Positions 7,607-11,720 of a stretch of 11,720 nt of DNA are shown in pieces (positions within the stretch are counted from its first letter, which is position 1; every line of letters starts with the position of its first letter). Location: NCBI RefSeq assembly GCF_006345805.1, contig NW_021826882.1, positions 1 through 11,720 on the forward strand, in the 5' to 3' direction. Position numbers and translations under genes: made by a program. Origin of the DNA: Octopus sinensis (lineage: Eukaryota). The notes under the pieces are model-generated. The model searched no databases. It was not told the origin of the DNA and worked only from the letters and a program-made list of their open reading frames with translations.

Positions 7607-7640
<34 letters not shown>
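6755..7640. repeat. (TG)n-derived minisatellite: six monomers of 103-179 bp arranged as two ~410-bp higher-order units
   Basis: Anchor CTTGTATGTATATTTTTCTTTGTG at 6781, 6904, 7007, 7186, 7317 (variant) and 7423; second anchor ACATATCA.TCT.T.AATCTGTGTGTTTGATGTATCCG in each monomer; diagnostic variants repeat ABC-ABC. Confidence 0.95.
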
Positions 7641-7641
<1 letters not shown>

Positions 7642-8056
7642 CAGAGAGGAGCTCCAACGCGAAGGGAAACTTGGTTGAGGGTTGATAAAGATGTTATTTG
7701 ATTTTTGAATTGCAATGCTATGACAATTTTGCTCTTCTTGATGGACAACAGCAGTTGTTCACGAAAGAGTCGGTGCGGGTGATGGCCTCCACAATACCCT
7801 CATCATTTCATATTACAGTTCTTTTGCGTAGGTCTTCAGTACAACAGATTGGTATTCAATTGCTGTAACTGTTGTTGCGGCCCTGCGGTAGTGAGCCCCG
7901 TTAGTAATATTGTCTTTGTCGCCATTATAATAGTTTTCTTGTCACTTCTTTGTTGCTGTTGTTATTTGTCTCACTGTTCCTTGTGATGATCATCGCACGA
8001 GATTACCATCTGCATCATAAAACTACTTGTTTTCTATACCTTTCCCTCCCCTTAAC

Positions 8057-8339
8057 TCACACACACACACACACGCTCTTTCTTTCTTTCTTCTCTTCTC
8101 TCTCCCTTTATATATATATATGTGTGCACACGTGTGTGTGTGTGTGTATGTCTGTACCGAAAGAAGGTGATTCAAGAGGCATTTATATATATAAAATGCG
8201 TTGTATGCATATATATGTTCCTTCTCTCTTACGCTGAATCTTTTTTACTATATGTATATACACAATATTTATATACGTACATAAGTATATATATATGCAT
8301 ATATACTCATACATGCATATATATGAGTATATATGTGTA

Positions 8340-8378
<39 letters not shown>
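8057..8378. repeat. Cluster of short (CA), (CT), (TA) and (TG) microsatellites
   Basis: CA run near 8059-8074, TA/TG at 8109-8148, TA-rich 8250-8340, TG run to about 8378. Confidence 0.85.
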
Positions 8379-8380
<2 letters not shown>

Positions 8381-9056
8381 TGTCTAAGAATGTACTGTAC
8401 AAACATTCTAAACGAAAATACGTGTAACAATTCTGTTGTTGCTCGAAAGATCATATCTAAAGAAAAAACTCAGAGTACAAGGCAGCTGTAGCATACCTTT
8501 AACCAATTTGTGTTCTTATCTTATGTAAACCCTTGGAACCTTCCCTATGTTGGATCTGGAACTTACATTTGATCGTAAAACTGCGTGCCGGTGTGCATGG
8601 GTGTATAAGTATATGTGCATCTATATATCTATACATATAGATATATGTATATCTATACGTACGAATATGTTTGAGTGTGCATGTATATGTATGTGTAACT
8701 GTATGACTATGTCCGTATATGCACGTTTATATACGGGCATGTGCAGATCTCGACCGTCGCATGGTGTCCTGAGGAGTTGGTTTCAAATTTTGTCACAAAC
8801 CAGAGATACGGCTGTCGGAGGTGTATTGCCATACCTTGTCACCTTAAATACTCGTGCCTTCGTATTTTGTATAAGTTTTGTCCTGTCAATATACAAATAT
8901 CACTATATTTATGCAAGAGTGCTCATCGTCTGAATATTTTCAATCTTTATTTTCTCTCTCTTTTCATGTATATATGCATGTATATTTTATATATCTAGTG
9001 CAAGCGGTTTTATTTGCTCATGTGTATCATTCTCTCTCTCTCCCTCTCTTTGTCTA

Positions 9057-9063
9057 TTTATCC

Positions 9064-9148
<85 letters not shown>

Positions 9149-9230
9149 CCTACCTACCTATCTATATATCTATTTATCTATCTATTTATCCATCTATGTA
9201 TGTATGTATGTATCTATCTATCTATCTATC
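9057..9230. repeat. (TCTA)n tetranucleotide repeat (21 perfect units at 9065-9148) with CCTA and TGTA variants
   Basis: Direct reading. Confidence 0.97.
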
Positions 9231-9231
9231 A

Positions 9232-9281
<50 letters not shown>

Positions 9282-9355
9282 ATATATATAATATATATAT
9301 ATATATAATATATATATATATAGTATATATATATATATGTATGTATATATATATA
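9232..9355. repeat. Interrupted (TA)n microsatellite
   Basis: Direct reading. Confidence 0.96.
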
Positions 9356-9407
9356 TCTGCGTGTGCATGTGTCTGTGTATGTATGCGTGTCTATCTTTGA
9401 GTCTGTA

Positions 9408-9597
9408 TTTGTTCCCCAACGACCGCTTGACAACTAGTATTGTTTTCTTTACGTTGCTGTAACTTAATGGCAAAAGAGACGGATAGAATAAGGTGTAGGT
9501 TTTTTAAAAGAAATAAGTTCAGGGGTCACTTTTTTCAACTAAAAATTTTCAAGGCCATACCCTCGCACTGACTATAATGACTGAAACAAGCAAATGA
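9408..9597 (+). mobile_element. Degraded 3' half of SINE-B
   Basis: cgcttgacaac, tttacgt, aaaagagacggatagaataag, aataagttcaggggtc and aatgactgaaacaag occur in the same order as in 1633-1815. Confidence 0.85.
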
Positions 9598-9599
9598 TT

Positions 9600-9692
9600 A
9601 TACAGATATACATACACAACACACACACTCACACACATATATACACACACACATACACACTCACACACACACATGCACATACACACACAAGC
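9600..9692. repeat. Degenerate (CA)n microsatellite
   Basis: Direct reading. Confidence 0.92.
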
Positions 9693-9697
9693 ACATA

Positions 9698-9922
9698 TTG
9701 TTCGGCCAGCAGAAGCATTTCTTCTCACAAATTAACTTGTAATTGTGTGAGCTTTCTATAGACACCTGCGCTCTTAATGTAGTCCTTAGTTTGAACTAGT
9801 TTGTATACAGTTCTTGTGCAGAGTCGACCCGATGCTACAGAAAATGAGATTAGCTGAAGGTGCTACGCAGCAGATTCGAAACCAATTGCAAAACTGTTGA
9901 ACCATTCGAATTATATTGCGCC
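9698..9922 (-). mobile_element. Highly degraded SINE-like element
   Basis: Minus strand gtttcgaatctgctgcgtagcacctt...ctgtagcatcgggtcgac resembles the SINE-B head gttcagtcccactgcgtggaatctt...gagccccgggccgac. The left boundary is based on recall of an octopus SINE body and is uncertain. Confidence 0.5.
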
Positions 9923-9937
9923 TTCACACAGATTGAC

Positions 9938-10320
9938 AAACACACACACATACACACACATTACACACACGCGCGCCCGAACGCATATATATTGTTTGTG
10001 CGTGTGTGTTTGTGTGCATGTGTGTGTGTGTGTTAGCGTGTGTATATCTGTGTGTGTGTTTGCGTGTATATGTCTGTGTGTGTGTGCGTATGCGTGCGTG
10101 CGTGCATGTGTGTGTGTGTGTTGCGTGTATATGTTAGTGCGTGTGTGCGCGTGTGTGTTTGCGTGTGTATATCTGTGTGTATGTGTGTGTGTGTGTGCGT
10201 GCGTGCATGAGTGTGTGTGTTTGCGAGTATATGTCTGTGTGTGTGTGTTTGCGTGTATATGTCAGTGCGTGTGTGTGCGTGTGTGTTTGCGTGTGTATAT
10301 CTGTGTGTGCGTGTGTGTTT
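9938..10320. repeat. (CA)n then degenerate (TG)n region with an internal 60-bp block duplicated at 128-bp spacing
   Basis: 10121-10180 vs 10249-10308 is 58/60 identical; the motif TTGCGTGTATAT recurs. Confidence 0.9.
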
Positions 10321-10493
10321 TCCAATCCCAAATCATGTGATTAGATTCGTGTTGCCTGAGAAGAAGCAAAGGGCAGTTCTCCAACCTGTCATTGTATTCT
10401 CCTCAATCAATAATCAAAATAACGATTCCTGTGTTAGAGATAATTCGCTTTGTACTAAGCCAAACCAGATATCTCCATCCCACCATCAACCAT

Positions 10494-10700
10494 TGTCTCC
10501 CTCTCGCTCCCTCCCGCTTTCTCTCCTTTTCTTTTTCTTACTCTCTCTCTCCTATGCACTCTCTACTCCCCCTCTCTCTATCTCTTTCTGGCACGCTTTT
10601 TCCTTCTCCAATAAATTTTAATTCTCTCTCCAGTAAACTTATTTCGTATTCCTATTTTATATTTTTACTTATTATTGTCTTTGTCTTTATTTCTTTCTTG
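10494..10700. repeat. Pyrimidine-rich (CT/CTTT) low-complexity tract
   Basis: Strong C/T bias on the plus strand. Confidence 0.8.
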
Positions 10701-10732
10701 CTTTAACTTTCCCTGAAAATTTGTGGTTGTAT

Positions 10733-10846
10733 GTATGTATAAATGTAATATATATATATATATATTATATAAATTTGTATATATGTATAATATAATATAA
10801 TATATAATATAATATAAATGTATGTGTTTGTGTGTATATATATATA
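10733..10846. repeat. Degenerate (TA)n/(TAA) tract at the 3' end of the minus-strand SINE-B
   Basis: Direct reading. Confidence 0.9.
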
Positions 10847-11241
10847 TTCTATTATTCTTTTATTTGTTTCAGTCATTTTACTGCGACTATGCAGGAACAG
10901 CCCCTTTAGTCGAAGCAACTGACACCAGGACTTATTCTTTGTAAGCCTAGTACTTAAGCTGTCGGTATCTTATGTCGAACCGTTAAGTTATGGCGACGTA
11001 AACACACCGACAGCGGTTGTTTGTCAAGCGATTGTGGTGGTGGGACAAACACAGACACACAAGCACACAGACACACATATATATATATATATATATGTAC
11101 GACGGGCATCTTTCAGTTTCTGCCTACCAAATCCACTCGAAAAACTTTGGTGAGCCCGAGGGTATTGTGGAAAATACTTGCCCCAGTTTTCGCGCAGTAG
11201 GACTAGGACTGAACCCAACCATATAATTGGGAAGCAAGCTT
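10847..11241 (-). mobile_element. SINE-B copy, near full length, slightly 5'-truncated, with internal (TA)n(TG)n tract
   Basis: Reverse complement reads agcttgcttccc...gggttcagtcc...ggggcaagta...gagtggatttggtaggcagaaactgaaagatgcccgtcgta-(TA)n(TG)n-tttgtccc...aagtactaggcttacaaagaataagtcctgg...aatgactgaaacaaataaaag, collinear with 1443-1820. Confidence 0.92.
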
Positions 11242-11290
11242 ATATATATCCAGACATACATACATACATACATATATATTATATATATAG

Positions 11291-11346
<56 letters not shown>

Positions 11347-11399
11347 GTATGTAATCACACCCACACTCAATACACATACACATACACACACACATATAC
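11241..11399. repeat. Compound (TACA)n/(TA)n/(TATG)n/(CA)n microsatellite
   Basis: Direct reading. Confidence 0.93.
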
Positions 11400-11629
11400 A
11401 GTCTTGTACCTGCTATGTACATGCACCGAACCGCATATATTCCCACACATATACACTTGTACCTTCACCTTACAACATTTTCATCTTCTATGGATGCACA
11501 TAAATTTATGTCCTTTTTCTCGATCCCAAACCGTTCTCTTCCTTACTTTTCGCCTTCCTTAATTTAACCAAAATATGCGGAGAACATAAATATTCCCCTC
11601 CTCCAAACAACAGTCTATCCTTATACTTC

Positions 11630-11720
11630 TCTATTTTCTATTTTCGTTCATTCATTCAATTATTCTTTCTTTCTTTGCTTTTTCTTTCTCCCCTTTGCTC
11701 TTTCATTCATTCATTCATTC
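11630..11720. repeat. Pyrimidine-rich tract with (TTTC) and (TTCA)n units, running off the window end
   Basis: ttcattcattcattcattc at the end of the window. Confidence 0.85.

Noticed and set aside
7783-7983. Start-less plus-strand frame with a transmembrane-like stretch and Cys cluster (IVFVAIIIVFLSLLCCCYL)
   Set aside because: The composition follows from T-rich, GTT-like low complexity; there is no start codon or convincing splice pair.
8540-8620. Possible missing SINE-B head (atttgatcgtaaaactg) that would pair with the 9408-9597 tail across about 800 bp of expanded repeats
   Set aside because: The similarity is too short and weak, with no A or B box upstream.
3551-11562. The many Cys/Val-, His/Thr- and Ile/Tyr-rich ORFs in the ORF track (e.g. 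3678-4112, 5202-5727, 6554-7748, 8878-9291, 9897-10344, 11227-11562)
   Set aside because: They are translations of (TG)n, (CA)n, (TA)n and (TCTA)n repeats, which lack stops in several frames. They are not metal-binding or repeat proteins.

Overview
Eukaryotic, repeat-dominated non-coding DNA with no recognisable protein-coding gene, rRNA, true tRNA or CRISPR array. It contains many microsatellites ((TG)n, (TA)n, (TCTA)n, (GTT)n) and about a dozen copies or remnants of at least four tRNA-derived SINE families, labelled A-D here. From memory these match the abundant SINEs of Octopus genomes; that assignment is recall, not a search. Nearly all supplied ORFs are artefacts of simple repeats or SINEs. 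The most interesting structure lies in how the repeats are arranged: (1) two independent SINE-A copies carry the same 13-bp flanking duplication and sit in the (AAC)n tail of an older repeat; (2) a SINE-C partial dimer, whose duplicated 184-bp unit is closed by inverted 6-mers, has a 23-bp target-site duplication (TSD) inside the tail of an older SINE-B; (3) a microsatellite-built minisatellite has a clear ABC-ABC higher-order structure; (4) an unexplained 38-bp direct repeat occurs 1.8 kb apart. One weak candidate coding exon lies on the minus strand (6214-6409). I found no convincing new gene system. All identities were counted by hand.
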